Assembly: GCF_004010195.1 (NCBI RefSeq)
Contig: NC_057719.1
Location: 40,030,872 to 40,094,871 of the forward strand
Direction of reading: 5' to 3'
DNA length: 64,000 nt
Source: Chiloscyllium plagiosum
Lineage: Eukaryota
Shown here in pieces: positions 1 to 12,659 of this stretch; positions within the stretch are counted from its first letter, which is position 1, and the number at the start of each line of letters is the position of its first letter. A program made the position numbers and the translations under genes. Below the pieces are notes generated by a model. That model had not been told where the DNA came from and did no database searches. It saw only the letters and a list, made by a program, of their open reading frames with translations.

Positions 1-593
1 ATCATTTGTTAGAATGTTCACCTAGAATTATTTCAAAAAGAAAAATGTAATTGGAAAAAAATAAATGAAGGATTCTTCAATATAGAAATATACTTGAATA
101 CTTATTTTAATGAAGTGCTGTAGTGTTTTGCACCAAAGTGTGGTGAAAGTTATTGCATCATTTCCATAAAATACACAGATTAATAGATGACAATATCCTC
201 TGCTCATTCGCACGTCCACTGCTCCATTAATCACATACACTTCACTTCAAGCAACTCAGACAGTGCACCTTGTCTTACTAAAATCCTTGGTCATCCCACA
301 CTTGCAGCATTACTATGTTACTTAAATTTTTCATGTCCAAGCATAATTTTTTATAATCCTTTAACAGCTTTAATTATCACAATACCAAATCAAACTCTGC
401 TAGACCATCCACATTACCTTTCAATAAATCATTATAACTTCCTCCTTGAAACCAACAAAAATTGCATTAAAACATTTCCCGTATCACCACTGCCAGCCAA
501 GCATGCCACATACTAACAATACTGAGGTCAAGTGGTTTTCAAATAACACCACTTCCTCTGTTTTGTGTGTGTTTAAGTGTGTGCATGAGTGAC

Positions 594-624
<31 letters not shown>

Positions 625-899
625 CAGAGAAATGTGCAGGCCTGTTTGTGCACATTGTAGTGAGACTGTTCAGGTCTAAATGTGCGTGCATATGTGCACG
701 TTTGAATGCACAATAAGGTTGTGCTGGAGTACACACGTGTGTTCTTTAGATGTAGCAATGTGACTTTGTTCAGAGAAAAAGCACCATGAACTACTGCATA
801 TCCAAATTACAGCACGTAAATATCTACTTCCTCTTCTGGGTGGGGAGCACTTCCATTGTGTCTGTTCCAGATTCTGATTATAAGAGCTCGCCAATATTC
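1..899 (-). other. PPP1R13B: Probable PPP1R13B 3' UTR (end not defined)
   Basis: Directly follows the stop codon. ATTAAA variants at 369-374 and 106-111 on the minus strand; poly(A) site not determinable. Confidence 0.6.
594..630. repeat. Compound (TG)n(AG)n microsatellite
   Basis: tgtgtgtgtgtgtgtgagagagagagagagacagaga seen directly. Confidence 0.9.
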
Positions 900-941
900 C
901 TAAGCCAGAGATCGCTGCCGAGGCTTTATTCTAGGGTACAA
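900..941 (-). CDS. PPP1R13B: ASPP1 last coding exon (exon 17): LYPRIKPRQRSLA*
   Basis: Acceptor ttgttacag at 942-943; translation matches the ASPP1 C-terminus (human LYPRIKPRQRTLA); TAG stop at 900-902. Confidence 0.95.
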   Translation of the reverse strand: MYPRIKPRQRSLA

Positions 942-2570
942 CTGTAACAAAATAAAAATAAGAGATGTTAGAAGGTAATAATATTACACTTTCCATATAA
1001 TTGTATTCTCTTCTTCAGCTGCAGGTTAAGACAATCTGAGCTATGAATGTTGCTATAATCAATATTAATACTGCTCTGGATCTGGCAATGTAGGATAATG
1101 ACAGGAGATGACAACAAAAGAGATTGACTCAAAGCAAAAAAGATATTAGGTGACTAAAAGCTTGGTCAAAGAGACAACTTAAGAAGACCTTAGAAAAGAA
1201 GAGAGGTAGAAATATAGGTTTAGAAAGAAATTTCTTAATTTAGGACCCATACAGCAAAGAAATACAGACAGATAAAAGTGAATGAAGCACAAATCCAAAG
1301 CTGAAGGACCACAGCATCCTTGGAGAGTTTTGATTCTGGAAAGAGATAGGGAAATGTGAGACTATACAGAGGTTTGAACTTAAGATTGGAAACTTTAAAG
1401 TTGTTTCCTCCATTTTGAGCAATTTTAAAAAAAAATACCCTCACCTAAATCCATCTTGTGACCATTACTGTCAAAAACAAGGCCAAATGTATTCAAACAT
1501 ATTAATCAACCTCCTCCATTTCAAATCAGAATTCTGATAAGAGAAGGATAAATTTACAGCACAGCAGAAACCTCACAGTCTATCACCTTTGTGCCTTAAA
1601 TACATATCTCAGTGCTTTTTAAATGCTTTTATTTAATTTAGGATTGATACTGCAATAGCCTATGTAGTCTTGCCCTCAACAAGAAGACGAAGTATGTGAA
1701 GTCACTAAACTATTGATATAAATGATCTGAGAAAAAGTAGGTGGAACTTCTTATATAGTTATAGCCACTAAATCTTCTTAGATACTCAGATGTTCTTCTC
1801 AGTAATAAGTTGTCATTACCTAACCCCAATAGTATTTGTCCAAAGTGCTATCAATAACCTGAATTTTATCGGATCCATATTCATCATTTGAAGAATGGCA
1901 AAGAGTATAAGTACAGCAAGTCCCAGTTTTCCTCATTTCATCCTACAACTATAATCTCCTATCAGCTTTACACAGCATACATAGTAATAATCGTATCATG
2001 AATTAACATTATAGAGGAAAACTAGATGCTGTCATTTTACATCTTGTACTTAACATCCATTTCTCGACCACCTCTAAATCAGCAGTTTTGAAAAATGAAA
2101 GGTTGGTCAATATCATTGCAATTATATACATAATATCTTCCTTTGCCACAATTATGATATGTAGCAATTGAGCTGAATTATTCTAAAATACAATTTGCAC
2201 TATGAAAATGAATGAACCACATGAATCAGTAGCACATGGAAATCAATAACTAATGTGTAAAATTCAATGGTACATCAGTTGTTGATAAAAAAAAATTCCC
2301 GTAATTATGCTGCTCATCCTTTATGTTAACATTTGCTTTCTGGGACTGGTCCCCAACTTGATCATTTACACTCTCCCAGTCTCTTTAGCTGCTGATCTGC
2401 TTAGCTGTTAGAATTATTTATGAATTCTTGGAATGTGCAGCATTTAAGCCTTCCCCCATGACATACAATGATACCCCGATCCACCAAAATACAAATAGTA
2501 AAATACAAGTAGTTACAGACACGATTAATACAGACATGATTAAAACAAACAGAATTAAAACCACTTTCAA

Positions 2571-2856
2571 GGCGGCACTGTGGCACAGTAGTTAGCACTG
2601 CTGCCTCACAGCGCCAGAGAGCCGGGTTCAATTCCCGCCTCAGGCGACTGACTGTGTGGAGTTTGCACATTCTCCCTGTGTCTGCGTGGGTTTCCTCCCA
2701 CAATCCAAAAATGTGCAGGTTAGGTGAACTGGCCATGCTAAATTGCCTGTAGTGTTAGGTGCAGGGGAATGGGTCTGGGTGGGTGCGCTTCGGCAGGTCA
2801 GTGTGGACTTGCTGGGCCGAAGGGCCTGTTTCCACACTGTATGTAATCTAATCTAA
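2571..2856 (+). mobile_element. HE1-type tRNA-derived SINE (V-SINE superfamily)
   Basis: ggcggcac...tagcactgctgcctcacagcgccag..gggttcaattccc head (A/B boxes), tgtggagtttgcacattctccc core, (taatc)n tail. Confidence 0.88.
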
Positions 2857-3045
2857 GCTAGTCACACCACCGTACAATATTCTTAAAGGAGTGTTGCCAA
2901 CATGGGGTCGTGACAGTAATTCCACATTTGGTAGGGTCTTCTCACTTCAATAGCCCCTGCCAGCTGTTACCTGTATCAGTTATTTTTATTTTGTTATAGC
3001 TTCTTGAAAAAATAATAACTTTACAGAAACATGGATTATATTTAC

Positions 3046-3245
3046 CCCTAACAGATTGCGAGGAACATAGCCTTCTTTGTCATTCAAACGAGCCCACCAC
3101 CAATCTGTTTCATTGTCATCTTTACGCCTCACGATTGTCAGAGGATCGCCTTCATGGAACGATAATTCATCACTATTCTTGGCCTCATAGTCCCACAAAG
3201 CATAAACTACACCTTTGTTCATGACACCCATTTTTTCTTGTACTC
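3046..3245 (-). CDS. PPP1R13B: ASPP1 exon 16, SH3 domain
   Basis: (G)[33 protein letters not shown]...[21 protein letters not shown] at 3246-3247, GT donor at 3044-3045; 200 nt, phase 1 to 0. Confidence 0.96.
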
Positions 3246-4138
3246 CTATTGTGGATTGAAAATAATTCTCATTACCTCAGACATATTGCTAGTCACTGTA
3301 CAAAACATGGGCTTTATAAGATGCTTAGAAGATCAAACACATGCTTTTCACACTCAAAAAATGGGCATTCAAACATATATAGCTTTTACTGCAAGTATTT
3401 AAAGATAATTTATCACTGTAACAATAACGTAAAATTAGATTTTTAAAAACATCAAGTATCCTCTCAGACTACTCACTATCATACATTGCTCTGTTTTACA
3501 GTTAAGAGAACACTACTTCTGAATTTAAGTGCAAATGAATGCTATTCTATGATCTAAAGTAGACGGCAGCAGAAATGTGTATTTTTAATAAAATCTGCTT
3601 CTCCCTTCTTAAGAATAAATAAAAGCTTTGCTGTCAATTAGGAATCCATCAGTAGCCTGAGAAAATTAAGCTTGTTCAAGTAGCAAATCATCTCCAGTCC
3701 AAAACCTAATCTTCTGCTTGAGGAATCAATTCAAACTGCAAGAAACAGTAGGTTAAAATGACCACGATCTTAGAGTTAAGTCTTCATTTTTATGGATACT
3801 CACAGTGATACACTCATTTACAATTTTGTATTACATAAATTATTCAAAAATGAAAGGAACAACTGCAGGGATATTTTGAGTGTATTTGTTCATCAGACAA
3901 ATGTCCTTAAGTGATGATATCCTCACTACAGCAAGCTTGAGAGACAAACACTAAACAGAGACTGAATATCACCAAAGAGAGATATATGTGAATCAATATA
4001 TGGTTAGTGGAGATAGAATATTTAACTATGACAGAGAAACTTAATAAAGAGGCCATTAATTACTGCTTAATTTATTTTATCAGCTACAGAAAGAGGGGCT
4101 AGACATGTGAACAAAAAGTGATAAAGTTAAATACTTGC

Positions 4139-4305
4139 CATAAAGAAACTGTGAGCACTGTACAAAGCCTTCTTCCATCTCCTCACATTTATCTGCTGCT
4201 GTTTCAACATCGCTGATAGTTGTGGCAAAAATAGCAGCACCGGATTCCACAAGCAGTTTACAGAGTTGAACGCTATTGCAGGACGCAGCGCAGTGTAACG
4301 GTGTC
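4139..4305 (-). CDS. PPP1R13B: ASPP1 exon 15, ankyrin repeats
   Basis: (W)[55 protein letters not shown](G); AG at 4306-4307; donor is GCAAGT (GC-AG intron). Confidence 0.95.
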
Positions 4306-4584
4306 CTAAGAAGGAAGTAATACGATTGACAACTTCCAGACCAAAAACTACTCAGATAGGTTAGGAGATCTTGTGTAAAAGATGACCACTGACTTTTGAC
4401 TAAATAACCTTTTCTAAAAATACATTTTGTACATAATTTGACCTTAGACTTCCAGGGATGGTTGGGTAAATAAACTAGTTTTGGAACTGGTGGCTAGAAA
4501 ATGATTCAATACTCTAAATTAGAACTGGGGTCAACAGAAACTAGGCTGAATTTAAGTTAATTATAATAAAGCAATAATATAATT

Positions 4585-4920
4585 TGAGTCATATAGTCAT
4601 AGAGATGTACAGCACCCTTCGGTCTTACCCATCCATGCTGACCAGATATCCCAACCTAATCTAATCCCACCTGCCAGCACCCAGCCCATATCCTTCCAAA
4701 CCCTTCCTAATCATATACCCATCCAAATGCCTTTTAAATCTTGCAATTGTACCAGCCTTCACCACTTCCTCTGACAGCTCATTCCATGCATGTGTGTGAA
4801 AGAAGTTGCCCCTTAGGTCTCTTTCATATCTTTCCCCTCTCACCCTAAACCCACGTGCTCTAGTTCTGGACCCCCCCCCCAGATCACAGGTAAAAGACTT
4901 TGTCTATTTATCCTATCCTG
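4585..4920 (-). mobile_element. CR1/HER1 LINE 3' fragment
   Basis: RGNFF...WNELSEEVVKAGTIARFKRHLDGYM C-terminus plus ctctatgactc-type tail. Confidence 0.8.
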
Positions 4921-5063
4921 CAGATTTTGGAATTTATTGAACTAGTCAATGCAATGGAATGTATATTTGACTGGAAAAGCAAATAATAATTTTACAAGCA
5001 AGCCTTGAATACTGAATAACAATAAGGATCTGGAACATAACAAAAAAACCTATATTGGGAAAC

Positions 5064-5391
5064 ATTAGATTAGATTAGATTAGATTACATTACATTACAG
5101 TGTGGAAATAGGCCCTTCGGCCCAACAAGTCCACACTGACCCGCCGAAGCGTAACCCACCCATACCCCTACATTTACCCTTTACCTAACACTACGGGGAA
5201 TTTAGCATGGCCAATTCACCTGACCTGCACATCTTTGGACTGTGGGAGGAAACCGGAGCACCCGGAGGAAACCCACGCAGGCACAGGGAGAACGTGCAAA
5301 CTCCACACAGTCAGTCGCCTGAGGCGGGAATTGAACCAGGGTCTCTGGCGCTGTGAGGCAGCAGTGCTAACCACTGTGCCACCGTGCCGCC
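5064..5391 (-). mobile_element. HE1-type SINE, full length
   Basis: Reverse complement of the 2571 family; (attag)n/(attac)n tail at 5064-5100. Confidence 0.9.
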
Positions 5392-6248
5392 CACATGTTG
5401 ATGGAAATCAGCTACAATCACTGTGGCCTTTGTCCTTCTCACTGGTTGCATCCAGCAAAATACTTAGAAAGAAGCCCTTGTCATTACAGTGGAGTCTCTT
5501 GGGTTCCTTCATTTGAGAAGGGACTTCTGCAGACATTGGAAGTGGTGGCTAGGATAGCGGCAACTGGAAGGGTAAGGCAGGGAAGGGGTGAGGCAAAAGA
5601 TTCATGAGAAGAAGGCAATGAGTGGGAGGATTTGGCAGACGGAAGCAGCAAACAGGAACTCAAAGTAGAAAGTGTTGAGTGGAAGGGATGGAAATTACGA
5701 TCAGGAGAGTCAGGCAGTGAAGCAGCAACTGGGAGGGAGTTCAGGAGAAGGAAGCAGTGAATGACAAGGTCTGGCAGGGAAACAGTGAGGTGAAAAAATG
5801 TTTGTGGAGTGGGAGGCCGCACGTGATGACACTAAAGTGAAAATCTCAGGCTGCACTATTACACCCAAAAACATGCAGAGATTTCAACCACTCAAAAACA
5901 TTCAACAAGGTGTTGGAGATACTCAGCACGTCTGGCAGCATCTATACAGTTAACGTTTTGAGCCCAGTGGCCCTTTGCCAGATGCAGGCCAGTTGTGTTT
6001 CTTTGGGCACTTTGTTTCAGACTTCCAGCTTCCACGTTCATAGTTAATATTTTTGAGTAAAATGAAATAATGTAGAAATCAGTCCATGACCTTTTGCCTA
6101 AATATTTTATTATTAAACTGTGTCCCTCATTCTAATCTTTCCAGAAAGAGGAAAAAAAAGTTTCAATGATCATGCTATGAAGTGTGAGAAGTGTATGTAT
6201 GAAGTGGACGTACCTGAAGACCATGTGGTGAGAAAATGAGGGGGGAAA

Positions 6249-7082
6249 NNNNNNNNNNNNNNNNNNNNNNNNNNNNNNNNNNNNNNNNNNNNNNNNNNNN
6301 NNNNNNNNNNNNNNNNNNNNNNNNNNNNNNNNNNNNNNNNNNNNNNNNNNNNNNNNNNNNNNNNNNNNNNNNNNNNNNNNNNNNNNNNNNNNNNNNNNNN
6401 NNNNNNNNNNNNNNNNNNNNNNNNNNNNNNNNNNNNNNNNNNNNNNNNNNNNNNNNNNNNNNNNNNNNNNNNNNNNNNNNNNNNNNNNNNNNNNNNNNNN
6501 NNNNNNNNNNNNNNNNNNNNNNNNNNNNNNNNNNNNNNNNNNNNNNNNNNNNNNNNNNNNNNNNNNNNNNNNNNNNNNNNNNNNNNNNNNNNNNNNNNNN
6601 NNNNNNNNNNNNNNNNNNNNNNNNNNNNNNNNNNNNNNNNNNNNNNNNNNNNNNNNNNNNNNNNNNNNNNNNNNNNNNNNNNNNNNNNNNNNNNNNNNNN
6701 NNNNNNNNNNNNNNNNNNNNNNNNNNNNNNNNNNNNNNNNNNNNNNNNNNNNNNNNNNNNNNNNNNNNNNNNNNNNNNNNNNNNNNNNNNNNNNNNNNNN
6801 NNNNNNNNNNNNNNNNNNNNNNNNNNNNNNNNNNNNNNNNNNNNNNNNNNNNNNNNNNNNNNNNNNNNNNNNNNNNNNNNNNNNNNNNNNNNNNNNNNNN
6901 NNNNNNNNNNNNNNNNNNNNNNNNNNNNNNNNNNNNNNNNNNNNNNNNNNNNNNNNNNNNNNNNNNNNNNNNNNNNNNNNNNNNNNNNNNNNNNNNNNNN
7001 NNNNNNNNNNNNNNNNNNNNNNNNNNNNNNNNNNNNNNNNNNNNNNNNNNNNNNNNNNNNNNNNNNNNNNNNNNNNNNNNNN
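6249..7082. other. Assembly gap (834 N)
   Basis: Run of N. Confidence 1.
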
Positions 7083-7200
7083 AGGAGAAGGAGAAGGAGG
7101 AGAAGGAGAAGGAGAAGGAGAAGGAGAAGGAGAAGGAGAAGGAGAAGGAGAAGGAAAAGGAGGAGGAAAAGGAGGAGGAGAAGGAGAAGGAGAAGAAGGA
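7083..7200 (+). repeat. (GGAGAA)n purine microsatellite abutting the gap
   Basis: Seen directly. Confidence 0.95.
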
Positions 7201-7359
7201 AAGAAATCAAAGATTAAAAATAAGTCTAGTTTAGATGACCTTGTTGTAAAATTTCACAATGTAGGATACAGTTGGGTGGAAGACAAGATTTAATCAGCTT
7301 TAATTATTTATACACTATACTTCAATGAATTTTCACATCAGAATATCTCTCAAGCTTAC

Positions 7360-7493
7360 CATCCATCACTGTCTGCTGCGTTTGCATTTACACCAAAATC
7401 AACAAGGAATTTCACAATGTGATGGTGACCAGCACATACTGCATTATGTAACGGTGTAATCCCTTCATCATTAGGTCTACTGGGATCATTAAC
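7360..7493 (-). CDS. PPP1R13B: ASPP1 exon 14, ankyrin repeat
   Basis: [44 protein letters not shown](W); cag acceptor, GTAAGC donor; 134 nt. Confidence 0.96.
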
Positions 7494-7619
7494 CTGGCCA
7501 AAACAGAGAAAAATAAATTGAAGGCTACACATATTAAGAAACATCATATTCTGTTGTCTAGGGATTTCAAGTACAGTGTGTAACAAATGACAATATTTTT
7601 TAAAAAGTTGAAAAGTCAC

Positions 7620-7757
7620 CTCATAAATGATGCGCTGAACAAGATCAAATTCTCCTTCTAAAGAAGCATCCAGGAGTAAAGCAAGAGGATCGAATTTTAC
7701 CCGCATCCCACAACCTGTCCTTTCTGAATCAGGTTTTTTCAAATTTGTACGTTTGAT
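7620..7757 (-). CDS. PPP1R13B: ASPP1 exon 13, PP1-binding RVxF motif (RVKF) and first ankyrin repeat
   Basis: [46 protein letters not shown]; cag acceptor at 7758-7759, GTGACT donor; 138 nt. Confidence 0.96.
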
Positions 7758-9582
7758 CTGAGGTAATAGTGTGAAGTTAAAAGAAAACAATAATTATCAC
7801 AACAAAAAGTCATTTTTCCATGGCTAGTAAGAGTGTGCATAATGGTCACTTCCAATGAATTGCATCTGTGAAGCCCTAATAACTTTGTCCCTCTACGCCA
7901 ATACTTTTCCATTGAGTATACATATTCAGTCACTGCTTTTTTTTTGGCCCTAAACTTCACTACACCGAATACATGTAGGAGAGATAGAACGGTTAAGAAG
8001 AAATCATATTGGTGCATGACAACATCTGCCATACAGTAGAGTTATGTAGATGTAGAAGTGTTAGCGATGATGTCAAAATAGTTGGATCAACAAGATATAC
8101 AAAGAACTTGTAATATTGATCGAAGTTAATTGTGAGAATGATGGATCACAAAATGAGAGGTTAATCACTACTAACTTATTAATAGCAACAATGGAAGACT
8201 AGAAGATTTTAATTAATCACTTTCTACATTAGGACAGAGGAATAAAAGAGGAAAAGGAATGAAAATCACTGAGAAAAGAGCTGACACTTTTCATCTTGCA
8301 TTTGTCAGGAAAAACAGAAGAATATAGAATCGGACTTCTACTCGACACATTAACAACCAATTTAAAATCAATTAAGCTCATAACATGGCTCATTTACAGT
8401 TGCCCACAAGAACTACATTCAGATCCAGGGACCTGTTCCTTGCAAACAAATGGAATATGAATCAATGGATTGAAGTTGTAGGTTTACAGCGCATTATACG
8501 TAGCATCTCAGACTGTTACAGTTGTAGACAAAGCTAATTAAATTCTCGACTTTATCACAAGCCATGATATATAACGCTAAAGATATATCGAGATACAACT
8601 TGAAGACAGCATTGTATGGACAGAGCAAGACAAATTTAGAGTTATAAAGCTATTGAATACATTTTTAGAATTAATAGTTGGGTAGAAAGTTGATTAATAT
8701 ACAAGGAGAGATTGGCCAAGTGGGTGAAAAAAAAAAGATGATGTGATGGAGTAAATAAAACTACTATTATTTAATCAAATGCTAGATAAGTGTTGACATT
8801 GGTTGATTAAGTCAAATAGTTTGTTTATGTATTAGAACTTTATCAATTTCAAAATAAACTGTATTGGCCATTTATCTGGCAATTTCCTGAATCTATTCTT
8901 CTAATCTTTTCTGATTCTTCCTTCGGTTGTCAAACCTTTTACTTTTGTGTAATCTCTAAATATCAATATTATGATCTGTCTCAGTTCAAATCATCTTACT
9001 ACATCAAAAACCGTCACGCAGAAGAAACATTTGACTTCAGAGACAAATTTCAGTAACATTTTCTTTAAAAGCAATGAAGATAGCAAATATTTTTGACAAA
9101 ACCTTTGAAAGAGATTATCAATATTACATGATATGATGCAAATGAAGCCTTGCTCTGTCCTTACCCAAACTAAAAATATTTCCTCTGCTACATCAATTCT
9201 ACTTCTCACATCAGACTCACATGAAAGCCAAAAGAGATTCTCAGTTTAATACAAAATTAGGGACAGAATTGTTCAATGAGCACATATTCAGCTAATACCA
9301 TCCAAATTCATCAGAGAACATTTTTGATCAAAATCAGATTTACATCCATAATTCTGAATTGGATTTAAAATCTAAGATTTTATCTGTATTTGGAGTTAGG
9401 TTCCAGATTAGCAATGATGTAATTAAATACACAGGGCCGAGGGGCTAAAGTAACTACTTATTGGACATCATAATTCACTATGTTATTTTGTCTCTTGAAA
9501 CACAGCTTTAAACAAATGCTCATTGATTCTATTGACATTATCCTTTGTTTATACTTTATTCCAGGTACAACACAAAACTTAC

Positions 9583-10322
9583 AGGATGCTGCAGTGGCAC
9601 AGCAGGTGGTGGGGGAACATCTCCCTCTGGTGATATGATTTCTGGCACAGGACTTGGCAATTGTTCTGTTTGAACAACAGCAGGATTATTGTTATTGTCC
9701 TCTATTGTGGCAGGTATCTCATTGTTATCTGTCTGAATCAAATCAGAATGTTTAGGAGAAGGCAGCTGGTTATCATTGGCATCGGATGATGGTTGAACTT
9801 CAGGCTGTGTTGTTGGTTCAGGCTGCACAGAACCAGATTCTACGAGGCTGGCATTACCATTATCAACGTCGGCTAAAGCACCCACATAGTCCTGTTGGTT
9901 ATTAGGGAGATAAAATGGCATGTTATCCATACCCCCAGCTAGTGTATTAAAACGCTGATACAGCAACTTCTGTATATTTGGTCCACTTGGGCCTTCTGGC
10001 TCAGTTATAGAACTGCGTTTCTTCAGAGGTCTTGGTGCATGTGCCAGTTTTTTCCTTAGAGCTTCAAGATCAGCATCACTTTGATACCTTAATGGTGAGT
10101 GCACAATTGGCAATAATTTCGTAGGACTCAGAGGACGTGGTATGTTTTCAACATTTGAATTGGTGGGTGGCAAGTTCTCATGTTCTAAATCCTTTTCATT
10201 AGTAGTTTGGTTTTCACCACTGGTCTGCGATTGAGAACTTTGGAAAGGCTGAGTATGAGTAAAAGGCAAAGGAGATGGTGAAGCCGAACCTGATCCAGAT
10301 GACAATACTGGCTTCCCATACA
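9583..10322 (-). CDS. PPP1R13B: ASPP1 exon 12, proline-rich region
   Basis: YGKPVL...[70 protein letters not shown]...QHP; ctttccag acceptor, GTAAGT donor; 740 nt. Confidence 0.96.
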
Positions 10323-10480
10323 CTGGAAAGGGAAAAGAAATCTCTTTATTGACCCAAAAGTAATAATTATGCTTTACTATACTAAACTAAACAGAATAAT
10401 TAACCTTGACTATTGACACAGTCTTAGAAAAACTAAATTATTAGATGTTTAATCAAAGGCATTAAAATTAAGCTACTTAC

Positions 10481-11009
10481 TTGCTTTAACAGTATGTGTT
10501 TTGTTTAGGGTATTGTATGTAGCCTGTTGGTAGTTCTTTGGTGGAGTAGATTGCTGAAGATACATTGAATAAATCGAACTGGAATTCACGGTTTGAGGCC
10601 CTTTGCGTGGAGACTGAGGCCTAGAACCTTTGTCAGTCAAGAATGGCCTTACAGCCACAGCCAGTGGGGGATCAGGTCTGCTATCTACAGCAGAAAACAG
10701 TGGTGAAGCAGCTGGCTGATAAGTAGGACTTGGAGGCACAGTAATTCTTTGCTGAATCTGTTGCGAGGCACTAACTTGAAATGAAGTGCTTGTAGGTTGC
10801 GAAGGCTGGATAGCTCTCTGCCAATTTGCTGAAGTAATATTAGAGATTGAACCCATACTAGGCCGAGACTGAGTGCCCTCTTTCATTCTTTCCAGAGAAT
10901 TTGTAGAACCAATTGTCATGAGGGAAGATTTTGAGTGAGGTCCATATGATTGAGGCAGCTGCTTTATTGCACTGGGCACAGATGATGGTACTTTTCCAGA
11001 TTCAATACC
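10481..11009 (-). CDS. PPP1R13B: ASPP1 exon 11, proline-rich region
   Basis: [12 protein letters not shown]...[15 protein letters not shown]...[28 protein letters not shown]...VKA; tttag acceptor, GTAAGT donor; 529 nt. Confidence 0.95.
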
Positions 11010-11331
11010 CTAAATTAAATAAGATATTATTAAATAGAGTCATTTCAGATTTATAATCTCTAAAACTAAGATATACCTCAACAATATTTAACTGTTGGCC
11101 AGTTTGAAAAAGCTAGACACTCCATAAGTAAAATACAGTGAATATTGGAAACCTAAAATAAAGACAGAAACGCCAGATGTACTCAACAGGTATGACAGCA
11201 TCTAAGTTTACATTTTCAAGTCGCTGAATCTTTGTCAGAACTAAGAATGTTTAGAGATCCAACTGTCTAAAAATAAGGCAGGAAACGTTGAGAGAGAAAG
11301 AAAGAGTGTATGCATGTGTGTGTGGGGCACA

Positions 11332-11356
11332 GGGGGGGGGGGGGGGGGGGGGGGGG
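11332..11356 (+). repeat. Poly-G tract (about 25 nt)
   Basis: Seen directly; lies in a decayed repeat in intron 10. Confidence 0.9.
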
Positions 11357-11806
11357 AAGAGGGATGATGGGAGAAGAGGAAGGTGCAAATGGAAGGTCTG
11401 TGAAAGAGCAGAAGACAGGAAATTAAATGACAAAAGGGATCAAGTGTGCACAAGCAAAGGAACGGAAGATTTGCCTAAAAAACGTGCATATAGGAAAACA
11501 GAATTACTAATAGCTGTTGTCCAACAAAAGGGCAGAAGTAATGTGAATTCAGTATTCAGTCAGGTAGACTATAACATGCCTAAACTAGTCTCAGTCTCAC
11601 AGAAAAACTTTTACTGTATTTATATAAATTAAGAAACAAAAACATTTACATTTTATTTTAAATGCTTTGGATTCAGTACAAAATAAATGTTCATGCCCTG
11701 GAGAAGCTAATTAAACCTCAAAATCAGTTTGTTGAAATCAAATAGGGAAAAAAATGCCTTAATATTAAAACATCAGAGACCACTTTGAAATACTGCCAAA
11801 ACCTAC

Positions 11807-11982
11807 CACCATTTTCTCATTGTTTGAAACGGTTGAGGAAGTGGACAGGGTCTGACTTGATCCAGCACCTGGTTTCAAAACTGTATCCATGTTGGATTCC
11901 TTCCAGTCATTGTTTGTTGTTGTAGGTGATTTCCCTGTAGTAGCAGAGCCCTGTGGGAGTGTTGGCCAATTTCCATCATGAC
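11807..11982 (-). CDS. PPP1R13B: ASPP1 exon 10
   Basis: HDGNWPTLPQG...DWKESNMD...NEKMV resembles human NDGNWPTLKQ...DWKDP...TEKP; phases fit both neighbours; donor GTAGGT, with an alternative GTG 3 nt upstream. Confidence 0.9.
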
Positions 11983-12659
11983 CTAATTAGGAAATTAAAA
12001 CTCATAAAACATTTAATAAATCTATTCTAAAGAGATCCAAACAGTAATTATTTTAATTAAATTTATCACAGCTGGTTAGTTTCCAATCGGTCACTTTAGT
12101 TTGGGCAGGTAGGGAGAGAATACGCCAACTATTGTTCACGCACAATCATTGCAGCCATTTTGAGGACACTTTCCTAATACTAGTAATGTATATGAAACAT
12201 GGATACAGTTGAGTTTAGTTACAAACTATTAATTAGATATTGAATCAACATTTACTTAATATCACATGTCTTCTTCCTGAAGCAGGTCCTTGGCACACTG
12301 CCTGTTGCTTTATCCCGAGCTGTTTTATTAGCAATTTTGGACAGCAGGTGGTTTGCCATCACCATGATCCACTCAATGGACATAAAAACAATGATGCTTT
12401 AAATACCAATGTTAAATATCAGTTGTCACACAACATATATCACACCAACATAAAGGGCACTTTCTTTTCCTAAGTATTGGTTTAACCTTCAATTGGCTGG
12501 ATGGGTCAGCATTTCAAAATAATGTAGAATTTTGCAGTTATAGGGTCTTCATTAATAAATTTCTCAGATGGACAAAGTAGTTATTTCAGTTAAAACGTAT
12601 GAAATATTATAAGGGATAACGATCCCTCCTTATATTTAAGATGCTTAGCATTCTTGAAT

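Noticed and set aside
2571..2650. tRNA genes at the A/B-box sequences
   Set aside because: These are tRNA-derived SINE heads followed by a SINE body and tail, with no cloverleaf.
6170..7234. Long ORFs of 346 and 332 aa
   Set aside because: Artefacts of the N gap plus the (GGAGAA)n repeat.
12255..12375. Short minus-strand ORF MVMANHLLSKIANKTARDK... upstream of exon 10 as an alternative first exon
   Set aside because: Only a weak phase-1 donor (GTGATA), no promoter evidence, and the cassette reading frame hits a stop.
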